Shown here in pieces: positions 37,761 through 49,922 of a stretch of DNA of 64,000 nt. The number at the start of each line of letters is the position of its first letter. The stretch's first letter is position 1. The DNA is taken from positions 310,001-374,000 of the forward strand of contig CAJINV010000008.1 of the NCBI GenBank assembly GCA_905178155.1, read 5' to 3'. A program made the position numbers and the translations under genes. Under the pieces are notes generated by a model, which had not been told where the DNA came from, searched no databases, and worked only from the letters and a program-made list of their open reading frames with translations. Source of the stretch: Amoebophrya sp. A120 (taxonomy: Eukaryota > Protista > Dinoflagellata).

Positions 37761-39710
37761 TTACGGGCTTTGTCTCGGTACCAGAAGTTTGGGCAGCGGC
37801 GCCGTCACTCCTTCGACAAATGGCTCCACCACTGGGTATGCGTCAGTGGCTTTCAGGACGCCACAGGTGAAGTTCACTAGACACGGCCCAAGGGGCCACC
37901 GTGCAACCGCGCTGGCGCCCCACACCGCGAGACCCTCTTCCCGTCCAACTGCAAAATTCTCCTCGGCGCGCAACACGTCCAGCGAAGTTTCGTAACGCCC
38001 GGCAAACCGCTGCGACGGCGCTGCACACCGGCTTGCGTCCTGCAGCGGATCTTGTCCCAAGCGCAGAATCCAAAATCGCAACAGATCGGATACCCGAACG
38101 AAAGCCCCAACAAATGTAGCAAGCAAGCCTGCTGCTTCCACTGATGATGTTAGCGAAGAGTTCCTGCTGCTTCTGGTGGTGTAGTGGTGCGTGTCGTACC
38201 TCTGTTGATTGCTTTTCCCGTCCGAGACCCTTCGGTACAGGTCAACTTCTTCTACTGCTACGGGGCAGCTGAAGGATGTGGCATGTTCAGTCTTAGCAGT
38301 TTGTGGAAAGTGCATGCGATTTGCGTACTGCGGATACAAACTTATTAAGTTCGCAGCCCCCTTGACTCCGTGCTGGAATGGGTGGAACCCGCTACACCGA
38401 AGCTTCGTTGACGGCATGTCTACTACCCAGCTGTGCCAGCGAGGAAGAACACGAATGCGCCCAAACTCGTTCTGCATGGGGAGGACCTCCACCCCCTGGT
38501 CGTGATTCCCATCATCATGGTGCGCGTCCGGAAATAATACAGGGGTCTGCCATTCTCGTGGCGGTCCGAGGAGCTTCTTGCAACACGAGAGAAACCGATA
38601 ATATTTGTGCCAACTCCTGTATATTTCTTCACTGTCTCCGTAATTATTGCCAACATGTATGCCAAGACCCTGATACTCTTTCCGACACTCCGCAACAGCG
38701 GCTTGCGGAAGCAGATGGGCTTCTCTGGCCGTGGTCGGCGTCGCGGTTATGTCAAGGGCTTGCTCACGTTCATCTTCTCGGCTTGAGCGTGACGTCGAGC
38801 CGTTTCTACCCGTCCTGTCTCGTTGCACCCTTTGCTCTTCAAGCGTGTCCAGCAGCACCATGTGAATTGCGCTCTGGTCGTAGGAGGGTTTCAGCGGTTC
38901 CTCGAAGGAATGACTGGCCCACTCGCGCAAAAACTTCAATGCGAATTCTGTTCTCCGAACGGCGTAATTGCCTGCCATGATTTCACTATTGAAACCTCGC
39001 TCGTAAAAAATCAGGTCGGGGGCAATTCCTGGTGAAGATTTCTCTCGTTGTATGTCGCGACGAGCAGCGTTGTTCTGTTGCAGTATCCAGTCGGTCAGTG
39101 GTAGGTGCATGTTCGATACTGCGACATCTGAATCAAACACGAACCACCACGCACCATGCTCCCGCTCTTTATCTTTTTTTGTGCCTTGTTCATCCGACGA
39201 GGGCGGCGCACTGTCCTGAATAAAGTTTGCCACAGCACAGTGCTTCCTAAAGAAAAAGTTCTTGTGCTTGCTGCACGCGTCCCCGCTTTCGGGCACAACC
39301 AAAACCGTTAGCCCATATCCGTGACGTTTCGCATAGCAATCCATCAACTGCAACTGAAGCCGGTTCTTCTGCGAGAAAGCGGCATCTACTACTGGTAACA
39401 GGGTGATCTTCGTGCTCTGTGCGTCCTCGGCACCGAGTTCCGAAAAAGCGTTCCACCTCTTGCGCCATTCATTCTCATGTGCATCTTCGTCGGTGTGCAG
39501 TGCTGCATCCTGTTGCGTGCCTCTCAACGTCGATGTCCGAAATAGGTGACGCACAAGACGAGTTCTTGGATGATCCGGTTTCCTCGTACTGAAACTGATC
39601 CTCACGGTGCAGTAGAGCAATGCGGCAAACCAGCACGACGCCACAGAAACGCACTTCGGTGGGGCAAAGATGCGAAAAAAAGTGAGATGATACAACACGC
39701 TCCTTTTCAT
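37761..39710 (-). CDS. DUF273/GT34-like putative glycosyltransferase, type II membrane, single exon
   Basis: N-terminal hydrophobic anchor. Motifs CYAKRHGY, FFFRKHC, WWFVFDSDVAV (DxD), DLIFYERGFNSEIMAGNY, FALKFLREWA and DQSAIH recall the DUF273 family (from memory, not searched). Confidence 0.7.
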   Translation of the reverse strand: MKRSVLYHLTFFRIFAPPKCVSVASCWFAALLYCTVRISFSTRKPDHPRTRLVRHLFRTSTLRGTQQDAALHTDEDAHENEWRKRWNAFSELGAEDAQSTKITLLPVVDAAFSQKNRLQLQLMDCYAKRHGYGLTVLVVPESGDACSKHKNFFFRKHCAVANFIQDSAPPSSDEQGTKKDKEREHGAWWFVFDSDVAVSNMHLPLTDWILQQNNAARRDIQREKSSPGIAPDLIFYERGFNSEIMAGNYAVRRTEFALKFLREWASHSFEEPLKPSYDQSAIHMVLLDTLEEQRVQRDRTGRNGSTSRSSREDEREQALDITATPTTAREAHLLPQAAVAECRKEYQGLGIHVGNNYGDSEEIYRSWHKYYRFLSCCKKLLGPPREWQTPVLFPDAHHDDGNHDQGVEVLPMQNEFGRIRVLPRWHSWVVDMPSTKLRCSGFHPFQHGVKGAANLISLYPQYANRMHFPQTAKTEHATSFSCPVAVEEVDLYRRVSDGKSNQQRYDTHHYTTRSSRNSSLTSSVEAAGLLATFVGAFVRVSDLLRFWILRLGQDPLQDASRCAAPSQRFAGRYETSLDVLRAEENFAVGREEGLAVWGASAVARWPLGPCLVNFTCGVLKATDAYPVVEPFVEGVTAPLPKLLVPRQSP

Positions 39711-40151
39711 ATTGGCACGCACACCGCACTACTAAAGTAGACCAGGTTCTTCACACTGATTTTTAATTTAGGGAAAAGGTTCGCTCTCTTTTGACAACAC
39801 ACAAAGAACAAGAAAAGATTTTGTCAATTTATAGTCAACATGAAGAGAAAAATGACAGCATCAGTACAGCATGACTGGTGCTGTGCTCCGAACTCTGGCG
39901 CTTGTCACTCTACACCACTTGGCTATGTCTTCCTACACAATATCTCCGAACAGATCTCTTCTCGTGCGCGCACGAGCTCCAAGAAATCATTCAAGTCAAC
40001 TGCCTGATTGATGTGCGATTTCGTTTTTACGTCTTACGTGCAAGCGCCAGAGAGATCCAAGGGCGCGGTCGGCATAAAATTTTATCATGTCGCGGGAGAG
40101 ACAACCACCAAGGGTAATAAACCTTGTCTACTGGAGTTCATCTAGAGCCCT

Positions 40152-43100
40152 CTAGTCTGCATCGTTTGTTCCACCTGGGCCAAGATGGTTTGGCGCGCCA
40201 GATTCGGGACTAACTTCCTCATCGGCCTCATCCCCGGGACTCCCAGGCGCCTGGGTGCTCACGTTATCCTCGAACTGCTGCTGTTGCTCCTCGTACTGAC
40301 CTTCTTCAGCATCATCGACGGCCAGTCGCTGGTATTCTGCTTGGCACCACCTTAGGACATGGACAAGTTGAACGCATTACAAAGCAACTTTCACCTAGAC
40401 AGAACAAACAAAAATGTACAGGTTCGCTCAGGGGAAAATCTCGAGGGAAAGCGAAACTACTGATCAGAAGCTGAGTCAAAGGCGGCAGAAATTATCAAAA
40501 ACGTCCGCACCTGTCCCACTCTGACAGGCCGTCCCCGGTCGTCTGGTGCATCTGAAAGGGATCTCGGTGTTCCCAATGAATGAATTTTTGCAGACTGATG
40601 AAGATGCTGAAGAATGTCGAAGCCGCTTTTCGCTGGCGCAGAAAGTCGCCCAGACTGTAGACGTAATCTGCGCTCGCGGGATTCGCCCGAAAGCCAAACA
40701 GCGGCGACTGGAAGGGAGCGGCGATGTGGTGCAGCTGTTCTTGACGTCCTAGTCCTACCTCTCGTCTTTCCTCTTCTTCCTTCATCAAGTGGCGCTTCAC
40801 CTGGGGCTGCAACATATCATGAACTTGACAGGCAATGTCCGCAAACGCGATTGGCTCGTACTGGAGGTAAGAGAACCGCTGCGCCATCTCCTCGAAGAAG
40901 TGAAACAGCTCCCATGGCCGGAGAAACCCATCGCTGTCCAAGTCCATCACGCGAAACCAGTAGCTAATGCTACGCTCGTTCAGCCTGTCCTGGTCACAAA
41001 GGAGAAAGAAAATAAAGTCCTCGTAGCACATACGGCCCTCGTGCCCGGAGGTGAATCTGTGGTGAAGTATTTTTTTTTTTTGCGATCAACACCGGTAAAA
41101 AAGTGTCTTCATCTTCTTTCGCATCAACGCAAAGCACGACGACGGGGGCAGCCGCACAGCGAGCCAGAGGCACATCAGCGCAGTATTGCTGCAGCAGTAG
41201 CTGTTATTGTTAATGAATCATTCATAGGGTAAAAATAAAAAGTAAAAGTGATGGTGCTATGTATAAATATTGATTCCACGACGGACTTTCCACATAAAAA
41301 TAGCAGCAGGGCGAAGACAGACAGAAACAGTTCGAAACAACACTATTCAGATTGAGTTAGAGTACTTTCTCGGGATTTCGGAGAAAATCCGATCGACGGC
41401 CCGTCGCGACAGAGCGTGCGTATCGTACTTGAGCAGGTCGTCTTTGTCAAGCAGGCAATCGTGATCATTGTCGAGCTCCCAGAAGGTGCAGTAGATCACG
41501 TAGAAATGCTCGTAGGAGAAGAACTTGCGAATCATCTTCATGTCTTCAATTTGATCGAGCTCGAGCCAGGTGTCTACGATCGATGGGCGCCGGCGCCGCA
41601 GGTCATTCAAGCTGATGAGCCCATCGTCTTTCACATTGTGGATAAAGTAGATCCGCGCAATCACCGTGTCTGCGTACTTCTCTTGGAACTCAGGGGTGTT
41701 CTGAAGTGTTTTTTGAAGAGAAGAGTTGAAAAGCATTCTGCTTGTGCGCACATCGTAGTGCTCGCCCCATTCACATTCGTCTATACACGATCATGCGCAT
41801 GCGTAATGATATCTTCGACGTCGCATAAACTATATGGAATCTCTTGGTTGAGTTCCAAAAACAGAGGGCACCATCCAAAAATACCTTCAAGAATTCCAAT
41901 CCCGGGTGTTCTTGCAGCACGGTGTCGAGCAAAGCCCGGAAGTCGTCTTTGGTGAGTTTTGGGTCCTCTCGTTCGTTCAAAGCGACGCCACCGCGGGCGA
42001 TGTAGAAAAACGACAAATGGTTGTCGTCTGGGTCGCAGTACAGACTGCAGTAATGCTCGAACGCCTCCAGAGGGACGGCGATTTCGGCTTCCGCGGGCAC
42101 GTGCTGCTGAGATCCGTAGAAGTTTCGCAGCAGCTGGTCCCACACCCGCTTGGCTAAGTACTTGCTGAGATGTAGGAACTTGTTGAGGAAGGGATGCAGG
42201 TCTGCGGGTCTGCGAAACACATGCTGTTGCTTGTTCGGTGTCGCGAAGTGATCTTCGGCAATGCGTTGCAGCTGGAACAGCTGCTCCTCGTTCAGCGCCG
42301 TGGGCCGCATTTTGCGCGGCTCGAAGAACCGCGGGAGCTCGACTTTCTGTTCTGCGCTGAGTCCCGCCAGTCCGCCGCTCTGCTGGGTTAGCTGGTAGGC
42401 AAGGGTCTTTTCCAGCGGAATTGGCGGGTGCTTGCTTTTATGAACTGTAAAAATGTCTGGGTCTGGAAGAATCCAACTTGTCATGCTGATTTAGGATTCT
42501 AAAAAAATCTGCATTGCATGAGCAGCAAAGGGAACGCAATTTTTGCTACGCGGAAAGGGCATTTGTCATGCGGAATAGGCATCGCGAAACCCTCAAAAAA
42601 TCTGTGATGCTAGGGCATGCATCACAGACATCATGGCCAATGCAAAACATGCATGACAAGTCTCAGAATCTTCCAGACCCAGACATTTTTACATTTGATA
42701 GCTTTGCTCCTGTGCGGAAAAGTGAAAGTCATGTTCGGGATCGTACGCTCCTTCAGCGAACTGCTGTTGCCCACCAAAGCCCTCGTCGTCAGCTCCCGGT
42801 CCAGCCGCACCCCCTCCCGGCTCGAAGTTGTCTACTCCTGCGCCATGCTGGTGTTGCTGCGTTCGTTGTTCCTCTGGCTGAGAAGACGGCGGACCCGCAG
42901 CGTGTTGAGGCGATGTAGCCACCGCTTCTAACTCATGTTCTGATGATGTGCCGTGTTGAAGATGAAGACCAGCTGCCCCTGGGTCCTGTTGCGTAGAAGC
43001 ATACGAGTGGTCTTGTAGCGAACCCCCCTTGTTCGCAGCTGCGTGTTGATCTAGGACTTGCGCCCCTGCGGAAGAAGTTGTACCGGTCAGAATTGGGTGC

Positions 43101-43944
43101 TGTATAAGATCACCCCGCTGCTGATTCTGAGGATCTAGCCTTCGGCTCGATGACGAGCTGGGACTCGAACCGGATTCCACGCTTAGCCGTCCGTCTCCGT
43201 ACTGTAACCTCGGCATCACGTCAACCGCCACGCCGGGCCCGCGCGGGGACGTGGTGTTCGAAGTCGTTGGCGATATAGGCCCGAAGTGCTCGTTATACTT
43301 CTCGGGCGATATGAACTTCGGCCGCTGCTTCGCTCGCTGTGGCGAGGTCGGTGGGCTTTGCGGGTCGCGGGCATCCGCGGTGGTTGCACCGGAAGTCGGA
43401 GAGCCCCGGACTGGGCCCGTGCTGCCAGAGGACCCGCCGGCCTGGTGCACCTGGGGATGGGGTTTCGATGATTTTCACATATTTCAGTTATTTCGCTGGC
43501 AGGAGCATACATTAGACTATCACAAAAATCCTACTACTGCTATTCAAAAAGATTAACGCAGTCGCAGTAAGACAGAAAAAAAGCGGGTACGAACACCTTG
43601 TCAGGAAGCAATGGCTTGGACGAGCCATAGCTCTGCGTCGTGGCACCCAAGAGGAGGCTCTCCCTCGCTGTTCGACTCTGCTGGTCGCCAGGAAGTATCC
43701 CTGTTTCCGACAGCGTGCCTTGAAGCAACTGCTCGATGAACCGGTGCGTTTCCGGTAATGTGAGCCACTCGAAGAAGAATTCACAGAGCTTGCTCTGCAC
43801 TAAGTCATTCGTCCGCGAAGGAATGTAAGGCGGCTTACCCGTGATTTTGTTCTTTCGCCGGCCGCCAAAAGCGAGATAGGGCCCTGAAGACGAACTGCTG
43901 GGGGATGTCCCCGAGATACCCGGAGTGCCGCGAGGCACCACCAT
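40152..43944 (-). CDS. Protein phosphatase 2A regulatory subunit B'' (PR72/PR130 type, EF-hands), multi-exon
   Basis: KLCEFFFEWLTLPET; HPGLEFLK|NTPEFQEKYADTVIARIY; FSYEHFYVIYCTFWELDNDHD; SISYWFRVMDLDSDG; LSEWDR|WCQAEYQRL. GT-AG introns plus one TIR intron. Confidence 0.93.
42439..42700. mobile_element. Introner-like TIR element, family A (262 bp), reverse orientation, intron of PP2A B''
   Basis: TSD gcttt at 42434-42438 and 42701-42705. Excision gives FSAQEQS|KHPPIPLE. Confidence 0.95.
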
Positions 43945-44869
43945 CTGCTCTCTGTTGGATGCTTTAGTGCGCTGTTCCTGTTCCCGGGTTGGTTGATGTT
44001 ACTCTGCGTAGTCGTCGATTGGGCGAAAGTAAAGAATTTCTACGTAGCGAGGACAGCGACTAGTGCCCACGAAGATGAAGATTGTCATGCAGCTCCAGAC
44101 GAAACATCATTCTTCACGATGTTGTTGGAAAAATTTGCATCCTGAAGTCATGTACGACAACATCGTTGAGAAGTTTTTTACTTGATTTACATTTACTCGA
44201 AGCTGCTGCGGAGACACTGTGCCTACGAAAGACCTAAAACAATGGTTACGTCGCATGTTGCAACATCGAAAAAACACGACGATGAAAATACGGCTTGTAT
44301 GTATCACCAAAACCAGAAAGAACGAAGAAAAATTGAAGCAACATCGGCAGCAGAAACACAGCCTGAGCCTCTTTGCCAATAATCATTCAAGATCACTGGG
44401 AAACAGACCGACACTTCGGCTCATTCGCAACTTATTTTGCGTGTAGCCACCTACTCACTCAAAAAATGCAGTTTTGCATGTAATACCCACAACTTGCAGC
44501 CATCATGGCTCTGCGTGTAACCAATACAGTCGTTATTTCTCTCAATACAGTTCGAACACTTACATAACTCAATCACAAATAGCAATGAAACACACCGGCA
44601 CAATCAATAGTTTCCTGATATGCATCCTCCGTGTGGGTTGCTTTCGAGTTTCGTCCGAAAGTGCAACATGTTGATATACTAGATTCATTAAATTGTCGTT
44701 CGTTTTTTCGCAAGTGCAGCGTCCGCCCATAACTCCATCGTGGTAATACCAGGGCAAGGACTTTTTTCAATCAACATTTTTTGTCGTTGTGTGAGTAGGG
44801 CTCCGGGAAACTGGTCACTGCTGGATAGTAAAGGGCAGGGGGGATCTATCTTCAAATCATATGTCAAAC

Positions 44870-46549
44870 TTAGTCGCAAGCGTAACTTTCTCCCTGGAAG
44901 TGTGCCATTAGCCACTTTTCCCAAGGACTGCGAGAATACTTTCTTCGCTTCAACTGAATTCGACAGCGATAGTTTTCATCGTCTTCTATCACAGAGAGCA
45001 GGTGTCGATACTCGGCGAGAAACTCCTCACTGGCGCCTGCATCTTCTCCGGCACAGATCAGCTGTTTCAATTTTTTCCGAAGGGCAGCCTCGGCACTTTC
45101 CTCTTGATCTTCGACGAGGCATTCTTCACGGACACGGGCACGATCGTCAATAGTGGTCTCCGATATTTGTGATGAGCTAGCCTTAGCCACCTCCAGGACG
45201 ACAAATTCCAGTGCGAGAGCCATCAATTCCAGGTCAAGCAGCTTCAGGCTGCACAGCACGTCTAGCCCCAATATCCTGTACTTCTCCCTCAGGCTGTGCA
45301 CGGTCTCCCGCAATTCGCGGAGCAGGCTGCTTTTCACATCTCCCTCGATATTCGTCCGGTCAATTATCAAAGAAGATCCTGGTAGCGTGCTGCACGAGAT
45401 GCTTTTGCTGATGTCGTTTTGCTCTACCATAGAAGAACAGGCCTCGTCACAACTATCCGTGCGTCGTCGCTTTCTTGAAGATGCGTCTATGATATTATTG
45501 TCGGGCGCATCATGGTCGCAAGCAGAAGCAGTCGCGGCTTGCGGTTGCGAGAGGAGGTCGAAAAGCAACTCGCGAACTCTGCTTTCCGTTTCACCTAACC
45601 TCGCCCGAACCCCATCACTTGCAGCTGTTATTTCCGATGCAGCACCACAAGCGGGGCAATCACACCAGAAGCCGTTCTCTGCAAAAAGCATCTCTCGTCG
45701 CTGTTTGCGACTGAGAAAGTGGAAATCCGAGCTTAGGTTTGCCGCGTAGTGGTGCACGATTTCGTCACCCGGGTTGATGTCACGCAGGGCTATCATCTCT
45801 AGTTGAGTGTGGCTTTCTTGATCTTCTGTTGTGGCAACGTCACTCCTGCTTCCCATCTCACCACGATCAGCCTCGTTAATTCTGTCGTACCGTATCCGAT
45901 AGGCACAATTCGGAACACAGCTGTGGTTCGTGCGGGAATAAAACGCGAACAGTCCGGCCCGGTGGCAGTTGCTGTTCATGTCCATTGAATTTGTCAGTCG
46001 TGCCGAATTCGTTGTGAAGATATCTGCTCGCCGTTTCTGCCGTAAATCCGTTCTCAAGTCGCTGGAGCTGCCGCTGCTAGCTTCTGCTGGACGTGGTGCT
46101 ACCATGTTCGTCGAAATACCGGAGTCAGTATCATTTCCGAAGAGGCAATCGAGCTGTTCCTGTGTCTTTGCGGGCAAACTGTTCCACTTCTCGTCTAGAA
46201 TTTGCAACTCCGATCGTCTGCGTCGCTGCAACTTCACTTCATCTTCACCTCGGTCTACTTCCTGCTCCGTGTTTTCGGCTGCTGATGACGACGGACCATC
46301 CCAAATTTCGACGACGATAGCGGGCCTTTCAGCGAAGACTACACCGCGCGCTGGAATCGCAGCTGTTGCAAAAACACCGTGTCGGTGATACGCACTCCCC
46401 TGTCGAATTGCGACGAGGGACAATCCAGGATCGTGCTTTTCATCCTTTTGCGGGAGTACAACTTCTTCTTCTTCTTGTTCATCTGGGGGTGGCGGTAGGG
46501 AGGACGTGCTGGCTGGGATTACTACGCGCGGGTTTGGTGACAGCGACAT
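44870..46549 (-). CDS. SET-domain (SMYD-like) lysine methyltransferase
   Basis: GVFATAAIPARGVVFAERP; AGLFAFYSRTNHSCVPNC; ALRDINPGDEIVHHY; post-SET GFWCDCPAC. Confidence 0.88.
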   Translation of the reverse strand: MSLSPNPRVVIPASTSSLPPPPDEQEEEEVVLPQKDEKHDPGLSLVAIRQGSAYHRHGVFATAAIPARGVVFAERPAIVVEIWDGPSSSAAENTEQEVDRGEDEVKLQRRRRSELQILDEKWNSLPAKTQEQLDCLFGNDTDSGISTNMVAPRPAEASSGSSSDLRTDLRQKRRADIFTTNSARLTNSMDMNSNCHRAGLFAFYSRTNHSCVPNCAYRIRYDRINEADRGEMGSRSDVATTEDQESHTQLEMIALRDINPGDEIVHHYAANLSSDFHFLSRKQRREMLFAENGFWCDCPACGAASEITAASDGVRARLGETESRVRELLFDLLSQPQAATASACDHDAPDNNIIDASSRKRRRTDSCDEACSSMVEQNDISKSISCSTLPGSSLIIDRTNIEGDVKSSLLRELRETVHSLREKYRILGLDVLCSLKLLDLELMALALEFVVLEVAKASSSQISETTIDDRARVREECLVEDQEESAEAALRKKLKQLICAGEDAGASEEFLAEYRHLLSVIEDDENYRCRIQLKRRKYSRSPWEKWLMAHFQGESYACD

Positions 46550-47096
46550 CTTTGCACGTCTTTTCCCTTCCTACTGGTACAATCAAAATTGGTTTGGACT
46601 CCTCGCTTTCGCAGCCCAGCAGGCTGCAAACAAAACCGCGCTTTCGTTTCCAGACGTATTTCTAGCAGAACGAAGATGAAGACCCTGTATATTACGATAA
46701 TGCAATTCGTTAATCTTTGGAAATGCGGCGGAGTCGATGCTGCGATTTGACTGTTTCTAGGTGAGTATCAAATCAAGTGTCATTTGACCATGTTGTCCGC
46801 ATGATCTGATCAGAAACATATGGACCCGAGAAAACATCAACCAGATTTTTGTTCGCGTATCGATTTCGGAGAACGGTGAGATCGTTCTGGCATTTTGTAC
46901 TCATTTTTTTCCAAGACCACGTCTACATTGCTCCAAGGCATCAACAACTGAGGAGCAATAGCATAGGCAAAAAAAATTCGAGTCCTGCGACGATCACATT
47001 TATTCGGTTTCCAAGAATATTCGAACGGAACTTGCAAAAATACTACGTACAACAGAAGCACACCATATGGTTTTTCAGAATGATCTTCCAGGTACC

Positions 47097-48314
47097 TCAC
47101 TCCTGCTGCAGAAGTGTGTGAAGCTTCCTAACTTCAAGAGTCCCGGCCCGAAGCGCGATCGATGACGCGGCTTCAGTTTCTTCTGCTCTTCTATGCAACA
47201 GCGAGCATCGCTCGACGGTTTCCGGATCATCCCTGCCCGGACGCGACAGATCCACAACGAACCACGTTGAGGGGATACCGAGTTTTTTGCACGCTTGAAA
47301 CTCTTCGGCAACAACCGATCCCCCGCCTTGACAAAGGACTACTAGCTCGTATCCGTTGCTGAACTCCTCACGCAGCGAGGTGACACCGAGGGCCGAGTAC
47401 TTGTCAAGGTAAGAAAGTGGAGAAGCAGACCCTTCTCCACCCAATCCTGCGCTGGTCAGATCTATGCCGGTCACATCAAAGTCGGCCACGCAGCAATGGC
47501 TCCTCTCGCGGGCGGGATCTTCATTCGTGTCCAGCTTATTAAGCGCTCCGCCTGTCGCAATTTTATCGCGCGTTGTCGCGACGTGCGGGAAGAATATTTC
47601 TGCAAACTTTTCTGCTGCAGTGGCCGTGAAGTCATCCTCGTGCGCGTCCGCCTCGCGTGAAGTTCTCGCTTTCTTAGCACGAAACTTCAGATGTCGTGCC
47701 TGGACAAACCTACTGGACGTAGTTTCGTCGCTTGAAGACGTCGCTGCACGGGAGCCGGCGGCTGCACCTGTGTCCGGGTCGTGATCGGGTAGATCATTCT
47801 TCCCGGACGAGCTGACCAAGAGTTCGAAAAATTTTGGAAACCCGGCCGTGAAGCTGCTACCCTTCAGCGGGTCTCCGTCCCACATCACTTTTCCGATTTT
47901 CTTACCTGGAACGACAATTTTCTTGGCTAAGTGAAAGAGCTCATCGCCAGAAAGCGGCGCCGTCATCCGACTCCCGAACCCCTTGAGCACGAGGCAAACC
48001 TCGTTTTTTTCCTCTACGACCCGTTGTGCTGCGCACTCATGCGCTCCAGACAGCTCTAGATTCCGTTTCCCGTCCGGATTAGGAACAGGACCTGCTTGTG
48101 ATGAAGCCATCGGGATGTTGATAGCCGACGAGGCCGTGAGGCCTGGTGGGCAAGACGCAGCACGGCCGCGGGAAGCGGAAGAAGTAGTTGTGTTATTATG
48201 TTCCGCTACCCGTCGACGCTTTGCTGCGGGTTCTTGGAGTGGGGTGCGTATCTTCAGGCATGCTGTATTTTCCAAATGGACAAGGACGACAAGAAATGAA
48301 ACAAAACTGAACAT
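47097..48314 (-). CDS. Hypothetical protein, 405 aa, possible signal peptide
   Basis: Long ATG-started ORF with a hydrophobic N-terminus, on the same strand as all neighbours. Confidence 0.65.
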   Translation of the reverse strand: MFSFVSFLVVLVHLENTACLKIRTPLQEPAAKRRRVAEHNNTTTSSASRGRAASCPPGLTASSAINIPMASSQAGPVPNPDGKRNLELSGAHECAAQRVVEEKNEVCLVLKGFGSRMTAPLSGDELFHLAKKIVVPGKKIGKVMWDGDPLKGSSFTAGFPKFFELLVSSSGKNDLPDHDPDTGAAAGSRAATSSSDETTSSRFVQARHLKFRAKKARTSREADAHEDDFTATAAEKFAEIFFPHVATTRDKIATGGALNKLDTNEDPARERSHCCVADFDVTGIDLTSAGLGGEGSASPLSYLDKYSALGVTSLREEFSNGYELVVLCQGGGSVVAEEFQACKKLGIPSTWFVVDLSRPGRDDPETVERCSLLHRRAEETEAASSIALRAGTLEVRKLHTLLQQE

Positions 48315-48777
48315 GTCAAAGGCAAAACTTTCGAAGCAAATAATCGTCTAAAGTGAGGTCTTCTGGAAATCGAAATCAACTTCAGAAACGACCATACATT
48401 AACCTGCAACAAGGCTAGTAGTTGTAGTGCGATGCAACGAAGACAAAGATCGTCGTCTTGTTCCTGGTGTGCGAATACAAAGCTCTGATCCGAAGAATCT
48501 CAAGGTGTAGAAATCAACATGATCGACTCCATCTTGTTCATCTGATCAGGGACTACCTTCGATCGTCCATCCTGTGATCGTATTATGTACCAAGCAGGGG
48601 AAGAACAGACAAGGTCCAGCCTCCCGATGTATCACTGAGTTTCCACGTGTCTCTTCAATGACTTTGAAAGCTCAATTCGCAGTAAACTAAAAGCTTTTTT
48701 GCGGTTTGCCTCCTGCGCAAGATCGATGAAGATCAGAAATTCTTTTGCTTTTGCCTCTTCGTTTCTATGATATTCGT

Positions 48778-49922
48778 CTAGATCTCATCGTCGTGGAGTA
48801 GCATATTCGGGATTCCTTTCTCCACAGGGAATTCGCGACCAGATTCTGGACAAACCAAGCTCCCGTCGATTAAAAGGACATCGAGCATATGGATTGCAAA
48901 AATGTCTGGGTCTGGAAAATTCTGAGACTTGTCATGCACGTTTTGCATGAGCCATGAGGTCTGGAATGCGAGACCTACTTAGCATGACAGATTCTGTGAG
49001 ATCCGTATCATGCCTATCCTGCATGAGAAACTTCCTCTCAACTTGGTAAAAAGTGGACAGCTTTTGGCATTCATGCAACACAGATTTTTGCACGATCCGG
49101 AATTAGCATCACAAGTTGCAACTTTCCAGACCCAGACATTTTTACATTTGATAGAGCAGGATCGTGTGCAATTTTTCCAGCAATGCTTCATCGTCCTCCC
49201 AGTTGTCTGGAAGCTCTGCTTATGAAATGTAAAAATGTCTGGGTCTGGAAACTTGTAATGCTATGTTGGGAATAGTGAGTGCTCTGTAATGCACAGCCAA
49301 GCATGAGAAATATCTGCGCTATTTTGTGTTGCTTTGTTCGCATGAGAAACTGCGTTTTTGCATGACAGGCAAGACAGAGGGTCTCTTCTTGGACACGCAT
49401 CACAAAGTTTTTTGTCATGCCAGGCAAGCATGACAAATCTCGCAATCTTCCAGACCCAGACATTTTTGCAATCCATACTGCTGGAAGCACGGGAAGCTCT
49501 GGCACAGGCTCGCTCTCGTTGTTGTCCGACATGTTCTCTGGACCACCATCTTCTCGTACAATGCTGCAATGCCGGATGTCCCTGTCAAGTTTTGTTCAGA
49601 AATAATTTTTTGTTACATCATTTCCATCTCACAAAAGCGATACATAGGAGGTCCTTTTCTTCAATCGAGAATCACGCCTGAACGAATGAAAGTGAAACTT
49701 GATGTGATATTAAATGCAAACCGAAAAGACAAAACCGGTAAAAATATACTCTATCGCTTTCAGCAGTGCCGGGTATTCGACTTTTCGGACCATGGCAGCG
49801 ATAAAAACTGCGTTGAACTCCGTTTCCTCGTATACAATCTTACTGGCTTTTATTCTGAGAGGGAACCCGTTCTGGACGCCTTTTTTGTTGCACTGCAGCA
49901 TGTTATGAGTCAGGAGCCTCAT
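48778..49922 (-). CDS. TRM112: Multifunctional methyltransferase activator subunit TRM112, 4 exons
   Basis: MRLLTHNMLQCNKKGVQNGFPLRI...VEYPALLKAI, then a GT-AG intron (49564-49749). After excising two TIR elements it reads ...LPAELPDNWEDDEALLEKLHTILLDVLLIDGSLVCPESGREFPVEKGIPNMLLHDDEI*. Confidence 0.95.
48888..49153. mobile_element. Introner-like TIR element, family A (266 bp), intron of TRM112
   Basis: TSD gagca at 48883-48887 and 49154-49158. Excision gives HTILL|DVLLIDG. Confidence 0.95.
49221..49477. mobile_element. Introner-like TIR element with family A ends (257 bp), reverse orientation, intron of TRM112
   Basis: TSD ctgct at 49216-49220 and 49478-49482. Excision gives LPVLPA|ELPDNW. 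Confidence 0.95.
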
